Shown in pieces: positions 1-13,000 of a stretch of DNA of 64,000 bases; the stretch's first letter is position 1, and each line of letters starts with the position of its first letter. Under the pieces are notes generated by a model. It had not been told where the DNA came from and searched no databases. It saw only the letters and a list, made by a program, of their open reading frames with translations. Source of the stretch: the human T2T-CHM13v2.0 reference genome, Homo sapiens; the NCBI RefSeq assembly GCF_009914755.1, contig NC_060936.1, one strand, 5' to 3'. A program made the translations under genes and the position numbers.

Positions 1-650
1 ATGGGAATGTAAATTAGTTCAGCCACCATGGAAAGCAGTTTGGAGATTTCTCAAAGAACTAAAAATAGAACTACCATTTGACCCAGCAATTTCATTACTG
101 GGTATATACCCAAAGGAATATAAATCATTCTACTGAAAACACACTTGCATTCATATATTCATCACAGCACTATTCACCATAGCAAAGACATGGATTCAAC
201 CTAGGTACCTGTCAACAGTTGACTGGATAAAGAAAATGTGATTGATAGGTGTGTGTGTGTGTGTGTATGTGTGTGTGTGTGTGTGTGTGTGTACTATGGA
301 ATACTATGCAGTCATAAGGAAAAACAAAATCATGTCCTTTGCAGCAACATGGATGCAGCTGAAGGCCATTATCCTAAACAAATTAATGCAGGAACAGCAA
401 ACCAAATACTGCATGTTTTCATTTATAAGTGGGAGCTAAATTTTGGGTACAAATGGACATAAAGTTGGGAACAATAGACACAGGGGACTGTCAGAGTTGG
501 GGAAAGAGCAGGGCAAGGTTGAAAACTACCTATTAGGTACTATGCTCACTGCCTGGGTGATGGGACCATTTGTATCCCAGACCTCAGTATCAAATAATAT
601 ACTCATGTAGCAATGTACCCTCTTCACATATATCCTCTGAATCTAAAAAA
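1..650 (+). mobile_element. L1 3' end (ORF2 C-terminus + 3'UTR), L1PB-like
   Basis: L1 3' motifs GAACTACCATTTGACCCAGCAAT, CATGGATGCAGCTGAAGGCCATTATCCTAA; ends GAATCTAAAAAA. Confidence 0.85.
249..292. repeat. (GT)n microsatellite inside the L1 fragment
   Basis: About 22 GT units with one interruption. Confidence 0.95.
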
Positions 651-1597
651 GATTCTCAGAAATGAAATGAAAAATGATCTGGATGATTGTAACTTTATTA
701 AACAAAGACCAGTTTGGTTAAAGAAAAGAAAAACAGTGTGAACACATAAACTAAAAACACATAAATCTGCTACATAGAGAAATCTGTTGGCTTAGCTTAA
801 AGAGTGTTTTTAAACAAGTTGTTTGAGTTGAAAGTTAAATTACAAAGGCAGTTTTAAGAAGATAGTAGCCCAGAGTTTTTTTGCATGCCTTAAAGATGAA
901 AAATGGCTGCAGAAACCAGCCTCCCTGGCAGGCATTTTTATCACATAAACCAATTAAACAAGTCCCTGCAAAGTCTAAAGAAAATGTTTTGACCTTACAT
1001 GACATGATTCTTGGACTTAAAAGGAAACTCAATCTTTAGGAAAATCATGTTACAAAATTAAATTCTTAAATGTTTTCACTGCTGCTTGGGCTTGAGAGTA
1101 AGAAAGGATAACAACAAATTTCAAATCTTGAAAACCAGTCAGAAGAACTGTAGATCAGAAGTGAATAATGTTTTCAATCCATTCTCTCTGAACCTTCTGC
1201 TCAGTCTGAGAACCTGACTAACAGAGGAGAGATGAGAGAAGAACTTTGTGAGCTAATTTCAAAATGAGATTTACTGATCTGCCCCAGACACGTTCTAGCT
1301 TTCTGAATGAGAAAACTATGGAAGTCATAGGACAGCAATGAACACTTCGCTGCGGTTTTAAATTTCTTAATATGTGTCATCAAAACGTTTCTTGTTTAAA
1401 CAAGTATTAAGAATGGGGACAGAAAATCTGAGTTACTCAAAAATGTTTTTAAACAAGGAATGGAGATTGAATTTTATCATATGCTTTTTCTAGCAGATGC
1501 TGAAAATATTATTTATTTATTGTTTTGTGGGTTGACCTATTACAGCAACATAAAATATTAGTAACTTTTTCTTTTTTATTTTCAGTCATCCAAAGGA

Positions 1598-1894
<297 letters not shown>

Positions 1895-3032
1895 AATAAC
1901 TTTTCATAAGTTAAACCATTTCTGGGATAAAATCCACCTCATTGTATTGGACTATTCTTTCACACTACTTTCATTTGCTGAGTAAACTCCAGACTTTATG
2001 CTCACAAGCATGATATCCCATTGCAGAACACCTTTGTCAGGTTTCAATATCAAGTGAATGCTCAGTTTAATTTAGTTCATTTTTCTTATCTTTTTCTATA
2101 ACATGAAACATATTTTATATTATAGAGAATATATACTCTTTAAGAGTTTAAAGGAATTTAGCAATAAAGCCAAAAGACCTCGAAGTATTTGTTGAAGGTA
2201 AGCATTTAACCATAGTTAAACTAAGATAATAGTCAAGAATCTGACAAGAATGATATTTTCAATATAAACTTTAGTTATATTGCTTAACTAAATATGCTTA
2301 AGCATATTTCATTTTTAGAAGATATTAAGTGGGAATGTCATAACTCTTTTCTAGACCCCATATGCAAAATACATGCTTTACATTCAGATCATAAACTCAC
2401 TTAATCCAGTATCCATGCACACCTGATGAAATGTTACCCTGGTTGAAGGCTGCATATCTATAATAATTGTCTTTTTTCATATATTGAGATTGCAAATCTC
2501 CATGAGTTCCTCTGCCTGTTTCCTGACATTTTGAGAATAAAATAGAAAATTATACTTTTTGCATAGAAAATACAATGATACTGTCCTACTGCTGTTAGGT
2601 ATTTGTAGATTATAAAGAAGCAAGGGATGAGATTCCATCTGGATTCTCTGTGGTGCTTTTGCAGGTCTTTTTATTCTAATCTATTTTATCAGCACTCTAT
2701 TTGAAACCAGGATTTATCCTTTCAAATGGGAATTATGGGCCATCTCTTTTATTTTTAAAGGTATTCTATAAATTGTCATTTGCTTCAATTCACTTCACTT
2801 TCCATGCAGGCAAAGCCATTTGCAGTCAAGAATCATAATTACTTGCCTGAATCTGGCAGACTGCTGATTAATTCTTCACTTACTAACAAGAAATGATAAA
2901 GCTACATGAAGAACAAAGATTGTTATAATAGTGTCTTTTTGTGAATGCTACCTGACTACTTTGCTCACAGAAATAAAAACTGAGAATAATTGCTTAGTTA
3001 CACTACTGAAGAATTTTTAAAAGCAAAAAGAT

Positions 3033-3238
3033 GTCCAGCAATTCCACTTCTGGTTATATACCCAAAAGAATTGAAAGCAGGGACTTTAACAGACATTTTT
3101 ACAACAAAATTTATAGCAGTATTATTCGCAGAAAAAGGTGAAAATATTCTAAATGTCTATCAATGGATAAACAAAGTGTGGTATAAACATGCATTAGAAA
3201 ATTATTCACCCCTAAAAAGAAATAAAATTCTGATGCAT
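3033..3238 (+). mobile_element. L1MB-like 3' fragment, part 1 of a split host element
   Basis: CCAGCAATTCCACTTCTGGTTATATACCCAAAAGAATTGAAAGCAGGGACT; continues colinearly at ~4536. Confidence 0.7.
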
Positions 3239-4535
3239 CAAGAGAATAAAAAGATAAGCCACAGACTAGAAAAAATTGCAAAACACACATCTGAAATAAC
3301 TGGTATATAAAATATACAAAGAATTCTTTATACTCAACAATAGGAAAGCAAACAATTAAATTAGAAAACAAGCAAAATATCTGAACATACACCTCACCAA
3401 AGACGATATCTAGATGGCAAATAAGCATATGAGAAGATGTACAACATCCTGTGTCACTAGGGACTTGCAAATTAAAACTGCAATGAGATACCACAGTATA
3501 CCTACTAGAATGGCAGACATTCAAAACACTGACAACATCAAATACTTCCAAAGACATGGAGCAATAGGCACTGTCATTTACTGCTGGCACAAATGCAAAA
3601 TGGTACAGCCACTTTGGAAAAAAATTTGACAGTTTCTTACAAAACTAAACACACTCTTACCACACGATCTAACAATCACACTCATTGGTATTTACCCACA
3701 AAGTTAAAAACTGACATCCATACAAAAAATCTGCCTAAATGATTATAGCAGCTTTACTCATAATTGCCAAGAGTTGAAAGCAATTAAGATGTCCTTCAAG
3801 AGGTGAATGAATAAATAAATTGTGGTACATTCAGACAGTGGAATATTCCTCAGTGATAAAAATATATGAGCTACGAAGCCACAAAGACATGGAAGAAACT
3901 TAAAAGCATATTACTATGTGAAATAAGCCAATCTGAAAAGGCTACATACTATAGGATTCCAACTATATGACATTTTTGAATAGTCAGTACTATGGAGACA
4001 GTAAAATATTGGTGGTTGCCAAATATTAGTGGAGAAAGAGGAGTGAACAAGTGCAGCGCAGAGAATTTTAGGACAGTGAAACTATTCTGTACAATACTAC
4101 AATGGTGGCTACATGTCACTATACATTTGTCAAAAGCCATAGGATGCACACCACCGAGAGTGAACCTTAAGGTAAACTATGAACTTTGGGTGATAATGTT
4201 GTGTCATTGTAGATGTATCAGTTGTAACAAATGGACTGCTCTGGTGTGGAATGTTCATAGTTGGGGAGGCTCTGGAAGGGGCAAGCAGAGGGAATATGGG
4301 AAGTATCTATACTTTCCATTCAGTTTTCTGACACTGAATTTTCTGAAACTGAATGGAAAGTACAGAGATTACTTTGCTTGGCCTGAAGGGAAAGTGAAGT
4401 GAATAGAAGCAATTGGCAATTTATAAAATACCTTTAAACACAAAAAAGATGTCCCGTAATTCGCAATTGAAAGGATAAATCCTGGTTTCAAATAAAGGTC
4501 TGAAACTTCTTTTTTAAAAATCTATTTAAAAAAAA
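3239..4535 (+). mobile_element. L1MC-like 3' fragment inserted into the L1MB host
   Basis: ORF2 C-terminal remnant (ORF 3414-3629, MANKHMRRC...); L1MC-type 3'UTR GTAAACTATGAACTTTGGGTGATAATG; degenerate TSD AAAATTCTGATGCAT (3224-3238) / AAAATTGATACAT (4532-4544). Confidence 0.7.
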
Positions 4536-4763
4536 TTGATACATGCTATGACATAGATAAACTTTAAAACATTATGCTAAATGAAATAAACCAGAGACAA
4601 AATGACAAATATTATATGATTCTACTCATATGAAATAGCTAAAATAAGCACATTTATCGGGACAGAAAGTAGAATAGTGGTTACTAGTGGTTGGGAGGAG
4701 GGGGTAATAGGAAATTGTTTAATGGATACAAAGTTTTGGTTTGGGTTGATGAAAAAGTTCTAG
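4536..4763 (+). mobile_element. L1MB-like 3'UTR, part 2 of the split host
   Basis: CATTATGCTAAATGAAATAAACCAG...GACAGAAAGTAGAATAGTGGTTACTAG...GATGAAAAAGTTCTAG. Confidence 0.75.
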
Positions 4764-7700
4764 AAGTCAGCATGATAGCAGAAGGGGAGGTCCCCGTCTT
4801 TGTCTCGACCCCTCCTCTCCCCCATAAAGAACAACAATTGGACAGCTATCCATGAATAAAATTCACTATAGAAAAGCCAGGAGCCTACTTAAAAAGCTAT
4901 AGAAACACAGTAAAGCAAAAAAAGAAAAAAAAAACACACAAAACCTTGAGAATAACTGCACAAAAAAATGGTTTTATTTTGCCTACAGCATCCCATTCAC
5001 TAGGTCAGAACTGCTCAACATGGAAACTCCCCAGCTCTGGAGTTCCCCTCACAGGAAAAAGCACAGTGAGGTGAACAACCAGCTACCCCAGCCTTTCAGG
5101 ACCCTGCCTAAGTGACCCACCTCAGTTTCACCTCACCCAGATTGCTGGTGAGACCAACATTGTTGAGACATCCGGTGATGACTAGGGACACAAAAAGGTG
5201 GGAGTTACCATTATCAGTTAAGCTGCAGGAACCGCCAGGGTCCCAGGGACTTTTTCTGCACAGGACACCAGCAGCCTTTTCCACTGAGGACGTCCAGAGC
5301 CCTGGTGGCCACCATGCATGCCCCACAGATTTCACTCCTGAGAACGCTGCACTGTTCACCATCACAAACCCCGGTGGTCTGTTCTGCAGAGGACTCCAGC
5401 AGCTTTTGCTGCCTAGGAAAGCAACAGCCAGAAAAGCCACAGGGGACCCCTTTAGCTTTCAACACCAAGGGCCTTGAAGTTTATCACCTTTGCATTATCT
5501 AGCTGCCTGAGCTGCTATTCCTCTCCTCCCTTCTCCCTGGAGCCACCCCCAGCCACTACTACTGGGGAATCCCTGGCCTGGATACATAGCACAGCTGCAG
5601 TGTACGTGCCCACAAATAGCCTGGGCCCCTACCACAGGCCCCAGTTCCCATTGCCACATGTGCAGCCGTGTGCACGTGTGCAGCCAGCCTCAACCCCCCT
5701 TGCCAGGCCTCACACATCCATGCATGTGCCCATAGCTGGCCCATGTAGCCACATACTTGCTTACTGCCAGTCTCACTGGTTGCCACTGCATGTGCACTTA
5801 CAGCTGATCCTGCCCCCCATTGCCTGCACTCACCACTGTGCTTGCACCCATGGTGGACCCCTGCAGCCTGACACCTGTCACCAGCCTTCACTGCTGTGAG
5901 CAAATCTGCAATTAGCCCTGCAGCCACACACATAGACACCACCAACTCTAACTCCTATAACTGTATGACATACACTGTCAACTCCCAGTAATGAATGTGT
6001 CCACAGTTGGCCCCAGCCCCTCCCCTAGCCCTGACACACATGTGACACATGTGTGTCCACAGCTAGCTTCTGTCACTATGCACAAGTCTGCACCCAACTT
6101 CTAAAGCCAAGCACATGCATACTGCCGGCCCAAGCCCCCATTCCTGCTGCCTGCTCCCATCCCTTATTGCTGAACCTGGAGAAGCTACTGAGGTCCCCAA
6201 CAATCCTAGCTGCCACCATGAAACTCCTACAGCTATTGCTGCCTAGGATCACACAGTTGCTAATGTCATGAATCCTAGCTGTCTGAGCTGATGAGACACA
6301 AAACATCCCCTCCAAACCTGGAGCCACCACAAGCTCCACACTTGGCACAGCACACTACTAGATCCAGTGCCAGAACAGACTCCAGCATGCCCCACCCCAC
6401 TCCTTCAAATGAAAGACTTTTCTTAGGGAAGCCAGTCCATAAAATCTGAAAAAGTTGACTGCTTCTTCAAATGTGCAGACACCTACTCAAGGCTATAAGG
6501 ATCACAAAGAATCAGGTAAACATGGCACAACAAAAGTACACAGTAAACTTCAACTAACTGAGCCCAAAGAAATGGAGATCCACAAACTGCCTATCAAAGA
6601 ATTTAAAATAATTATTCTAAAAAGCCTGAGTGAGCTACATGATAAAGCAGATAATTTAATGAAATCAGGAAAAATGCAAAAACAAAATTGAAAGTTCAAC
6701 AAGATAGAAGATATTTTTAAAAAAAAACAAATTTTTGAGCTGAAGAATACAATGACAACTAAAACATGCAATTAAGAAGTTTAACAGCAGACTTAACTGA
6801 ACGGAAGAAAGAATAAACAAATTCACAGATGCGTTATTTAAAATTATCCAGTCAGAGGAGAAAGAGGAATAAAAAAATTAGAAAAAAGTCCTATATGATT
6901 TATGGGACACCATGAAGAGACCTAATATTTCCATTATTAGAGTTTCAGAAGAATAGAGAAAAGCACAATGCTTGTTTAAATAAATGCAGGCAGAATAATT
7001 TTCAAATCTGAGGAGATCTATGAATGTCCAGGTATATGAAACTCAAAGATTTCAAATGGATTCAACACAAAGATTTCCTTAAGAATCATTATAATCAAGC
7101 AAAATCAAAGACAAATAGAGTTTGAAAACAGCTTTGAAAAGAAATGAAGCGTATTACACACAAGGGAACCTCAATAAGGCTATCAGAAACCTTGAAGACC
7201 AAGAGGGAGCAAGATGATATATTCAAAGTGCTGAAAGAAAAAAACTACCAACCAAGAATACTTTCCTTGGCAAAGCTGTCCTTCAGAAATGGGAGAGATA
7301 ATAATGACTCCCAAACCAACAAAAGGGGAGGGAGTTCGTCACCACTAGACTTTCCTTATAAAAAACACTAGAGGGAGTGCTTAAGCAGAAAGAAAAAAAT
7401 ACTAATTAGCAACACAAAAATATATGAAAGTGTAAAACTCACTGGTAAAACTTAGTAAAATTTCTAACTTTACACTTCAAGGAACTAGATGAAAAACAAA
7501 TTGGGCCCAAATTTAACAAAAGTGAGAAAATAAAAAAGATCAGAGCAGAGATAAATGTAATAGAAATTAGAAAACCACTGGGAAAAATTGGTAAAACTAA
7601 GACTTTTTTTTTAAAAAAAGATAAAATTGAGAAACCTTTAGCTAGACAAAAAAAGGAAGACTCAAAATCAGAAATGAAGGAGACATTGCAACTGATACTA

Positions 7701-9224
7701 CAGAAATACAAAAGATGATAAGAGTCTACCATGAACAATTATATACCAACCAATTGAATAATCTAGAAGAAAAGAAATAAATTCCTAAAAACATTCAACC
7801 TACAAAAAATTATCAGGAAAAAATAGAAAACCTGAATATACCAATAATGAGTAAAGAGATTGAATTATTAATAAAAAATTCCTTAACAAAGAAAAGTCCA
7901 GGAACAGATGGCTTCACTGGTGAATTCTACCAAGTACATAAAAAAGAATTGGTACCAACCCTTGTTAAACTCTTCCAAAAACTGAAGATGAGAGAACACT
8001 CTGTAACTCATTTTACAAAGCCAGCATTTCCCTGATACCAAGCCAGACAAGAACACTACAAGAAAAGAAAATTACTTTTCAAGCTAGTATCCCTGATTAA
8101 CATAAATGCAAAAATCCTCAACAAAACACTAGCAAACCAGATTCAACAGCATATTAAAAAGATCATACACCATGATCAAGTGGGATTTGTTCCTGGATTA
8201 GAAGAAAGATCTCAACAAATTATGTAAAGAGCAAATGTACCTCAATATAATAACAGCCATATATGACAAGCCCACAGCTAACATTATATTTGATGGTGAA
8301 AAGCTAAAAGTTTTTCCTTTAAGTTTAAGAACAAAACAAGGTTGTCCATAGTCACCATTCCTACTTTACATAGTGTGGAAGCCCTAGCAAGAGCAATTAG
8401 GCAAGAGAAAGTAATAAAAATATCCACATCAGAAAGGAAGCAGTTAAATGGTCTCTATTTGCAAATAACTTAGTCTTACATAAAAAAAAATCTTAAGGAC
8501 TCCATCAGAAAACTCTTAGAACTAGTAGGCAAATTAAGTAAAGTTGCAGGACACAAAAATCAACATATAAAAAGCAGTTGTACTTTTATATACTAACACC
8601 CAACTGTCCAACCATGAAATCAAGAAAGCAATCCCATTTACAATAGCATCAAAAAGACTGGATTACTTAGGAGCAAACTTAACCAAAGAGGTGAAGGATT
8701 TCTACACTGAAAACTACAAAACATTGATCAAAGAAATTGAAGAAAACACAAATAAATAAAAGATGTACTATATTCATATATTGAAAGAATCAATATTGTT
8801 AAAATGCTCCTATAGATTACCCAAAGTAATCTATAGATTCAATGCAGTCCTTATCAAAATTCCAATGACTTTTTTTATAGTATTGGAAAAAAATTCTAAA
8901 ATTTGTATTGAACCATGAAAGACCCCAAATAGCAAAAGCAATCTTGAGCAAGAAGAACAAAGCTGTAAACATCACACTTCTTGATTTTAAACCATATTAT
9001 AAAGCTATAATAATCAAAAAAAGTGTGGTACTTGGATTAAAAACAGACACATAGACCAATAAAACAGAATAGAAAACCCATAAATAAACCCAAGCATAGA
9101 CAGTCAACTAATTTTTGACAAAGACACCAAAAATACACTATGGGGGAAAGAACAGTTTCTTGAATAAATAATGTGAGGAAACTTGAAAAGCCACAGTTTA
9201 AAACAAAAGAAAAGAAAGAATCTG

Positions 9225-9690
<466 letters not shown>

Positions 9691-10570
9691 TCAAAATGGA
9701 TTAATAACTTAAATGTAAGAGCTTAAACTATAAAACTCCTTGACAAAGCATAGAGGGAAACTACTTGTATTTGGCCTTGGCAATGGTCTTTTCAATTTGA
9801 CACCAAAAGCATGAGCAAAAAAAAGCAAAAATAAACAAGTAGGACTATATGAAAATAAAAGCCTTCTGTCCAGCAAAGGAAACAACAAAATGAAAAGACA
9901 TCCTATGAATAAGAGAAATATTTGTAAACCATATATGTGGTAAAGGGGTGATACCCAAATATATAAGAAACTCATACAACTTATTATCAAAAAACAAAAA
10001 CATTTTCAGTCCTATATTCATTGCAGCATTATTCACAAGAGCTAAGATATGGAAATTAAATTCAGCCGTTAAAAAGAAGAAAATCCTGCCACTTGTGACA
10101 ATATGGATTAACCTGGAGAACATTAAGCTAAGTGAAACAAACCAGACATAAGATAACAAATACTGTATTATCTCACCTATATGTGCAATCTAAAAAAAAA
10201 AATAGTCTAACTCATAATAACAGAGTAAAATGATGGTTACCTGGAGGTGAGAAAAAAAAGCAAAGATATTAGTCAAAGTGTACAAACCTTCATTTATAAA
10301 ATAAATAAGAACTAGAGACCTAATGTACAGCATGGTGATTATAGTTAATAGTAATGTGTTGGATTCTTGAAATTTTCCAAGACAGATCTCAAGTGTTCTC
10401 ACTACACACACACACACACACAAATGGTAACTATGTGAGATAATGGATGTCTTAATTAGCTTAATCATAGTAATCATTTCACAGATGTATAGATAAATGA
10501 AAAAAATCATGCTTTAAGCCCTAAATATATACAATTTTTTTGTCAATCATGTGTCAACTAAATGGGGGGG

Positions 10571-10700
10571 AAGTTCCAGTGATGAATGTTGGTGACGGTT
10601 GTACAATAATGTGAAAGCACTTACTACAACTGAGTTGTAATTTAAATAGGTTAAAATGGTAAAGTTTATGTTATATATATTTACCACAATTTTTTAAACA
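10571..10700 (+). mobile_element. L1MB-like terminus, part 3 of the split host
   Basis: GGTGACGGTTGTACAATAATGTGAA...GGTTAAAATGGTAAAGTTTATGTTATATATATTTACCACAAT. Confidence 0.75.
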
Positions 10701-11933
10701 AGCAAGTATGAGAAAATCTTTGTTTCATATTTTTAGATTTATCTGTTTCCAGTGAAATCACCTCATAACTAAGTTGAACAATGCAAATGGTCCTGATACA
10801 CCAGTATTTTCATTGTATCTGACTTAAGATTTGGAAAATAACTGGACTTTCCCTTTTTCTTAGACTCTCCTTATTCAAAGATGTAAAATTCTACATAAAA
10901 TGTCTTCCAGGTTTTCCATTCCAAAATGGCCAAATAGGAACAGCTCCAGTCTGCAGCTCCCAGCATGATTGATGCAGAAGATGGTGATTTCTGCATTTCC
11001 AACTGAGGTACCTAGTTCATCTCATTGGGACTGGTTGGACAGTGGGTGCACCCCATGGAGAGTGAGCTGAAGCAGGGTGGGGCTTCGCCTCACCAGGAAG
11101 CACAAGGGGTCAGGGGATTTCCCTTTCCTAGCCAAAAGAAGCCGTTACAGACTGTACCTGGAAAATCTGGACACTCCCGCCTAAATACTGTGCTCTTCCA
11201 ATGGTCTTAGCGAACCGCACACCAGGAGATTATATCCCGCACCTGGCTCGGCACGTCCCATGCCCACGGAACCTTGCTCACTGCTAGCGCAGCAGTCTCA
11301 GATCGACATGCAGGGCAGCAGCCTGGCAGGGGGAGGGGTGTCCACCATTGCTGAGGCTTGAGTAGGTAAACAAAGCGGCTGGGAAAGCTCGAATTGGGCA
11401 GAGCCCACCACAGCTCAACTAGGCCCACCTGCCTTTGTAGACTCCACCTCTGGGGGCAGGGCATAGCTGAACAAAAGGCAGCAGAAACTTCTGCAGACTT
11501 AAACGTCCCTGTCTGACAGCTCTGAAGAGAGCAGTGGTTCTCCCGGCATGGTGTTTGAGCTCTGAGAATGGACAGACTGCCTCCTCAAGTGGTCCCTGAC
11601 CCCCGTGTAGCCTAACTCTGAGACACCTCTCAGTAGGGGCTGACTGACAGCTCATACAGGCAGGTGCCCCTCAGGGATGAAGCTTCCAGGGGAAGGATCA
11701 AGCAGCAACATGTGCTGTTCTGCAGCCTCTGTTGGTGATACCCAGGCAAATAGGGTCTGGAGTGGACCTCCAGCAACCTCCAACAGATCTGCAGCTGAGG
11801 GACCTGACTGATAGAAGGAAAACTAACAAACAGAAAGGAATAGCATCAACATCAACAAAAAGAACATCCACAACAAAACCCCAACTGTAGGTCACCAGCA
11901 TCAAAGACCAAAGGTAGAAAAAAAAAACACAAG

Positions 11934-12953
11934 ATGGGGAGAAACCAAAGCAGAAAGCTGAAAATTCTAAAAACCAGAGCACCTCTTCTTCTCCAAAGGA
12001 TCGCAGCTCCTCACCAGCAACAGAACAAAGCTGAATGGAGAATGATTTTGATGAGCTGACAGAAGTAGGCTTCAGAAGGTCAATAATAACAAACTTCCCT
12101 GAGCTAAAGAAGGATGTTCGAACCCATTGCAAAGAAACTAAAAACCTTGAAAAAAGATTAGACGAATGGCTAACTAGAATAAACAGTGTAGAGAAGACCT
12201 TAAATGACCTGATGGAGCTGAAAACTGTGGTGTGAGAACTATGTGATGCATGCATAAGCTGCAATAGCCAATTGGATCAAGTGGAAGAAAGGGTATCAGT
12301 GATTGAAGATCAAATTAATGAAATAAAGCGAGAGGAGAAGTTTAGAGAAAAAAGAGTAAAAAGGAATGAACAAAGCAAGAAATATGGGGCTATGTGAAAA
12401 GATCAAATCTACATTTGATTGGTGTACCTGAAAGTGACGGGGAGAATGGAACCAAGTTGGAAAACACTCTTCAGGATACTATCCAGGAGAACTTCCCCAA
12501 CCTAGCAAGGCAGGCCAACATTCAAATTCAGGAAATACAGAGAATACCACAAAGATACTCCTCGAGAAGAGCAACCCCAAGACACGTAATTTTCAGATTC
12601 ACCAAGGTTGAAATGAAGGAAAAAATGTTAAGGGCAGCCAGAGAGAAAGGTCAGGTTACCCACAAAGGGAAGTCCATCAGACTAACAGCGGATCTCTCAG
12701 CAGAAACCCTACAATTAGAAGAGAGTGGGGGCCAATATTCAACATTCTTAAAGAAAAGAATTTTCAACCCAGAATTTCATATCCAGCCAAACTAAGATTC
12801 ATAAGTGAAGGAGAAATAAAATCCTTTACTGACAAGCAAATGCTGAGAGATTTTGTCACCACCAGGCCTGCCTTACAAGAGCTCCTGAAGGAAGCACTAA
12901 ACATGGAAAGGAACAACCAGTACCACCCACTGCAAAAACATGCCAAATTGTAA
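11934..12953 (+). pseudogene. L1 ORF1p (RNA-binding chaperone), disrupted
   Basis: ATGGGGAGAAACCAAAG start; fragments MENDFDELTEVGFRR and KRSNLHLIGVPESDGENGTKLEN; stops and frameshifts. Confidence 0.9.
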
Positions 12954-13000
12954 AGACCATTGATGCTAGGAAGAAACTGCATCAACTAACGGGCAAAATA

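Noticed and set aside
238-462. ORFs with CV/VC repeats
   Set aside because: Translation of a (GT)n microsatellite within an L1 fragment
4331-4535. Second possible 3' transduction after the L1MC fragment
   Set aside because: The L1MC terminal sequence seems to resume at ~4499, so the extra DNA is an internal insert rather than a downstream flank
5108-6348. Cluster of 65-141 aa overlapping ORFs
   Set aside because: GC-richer old L1 5'UTR; open on both strands with no recognisable domain
11298-11348. L1 antisense ORF0
   Set aside because: The ATG is present (minus strand, 11348) but codon 17 is TGA, so ORF0 is truncated
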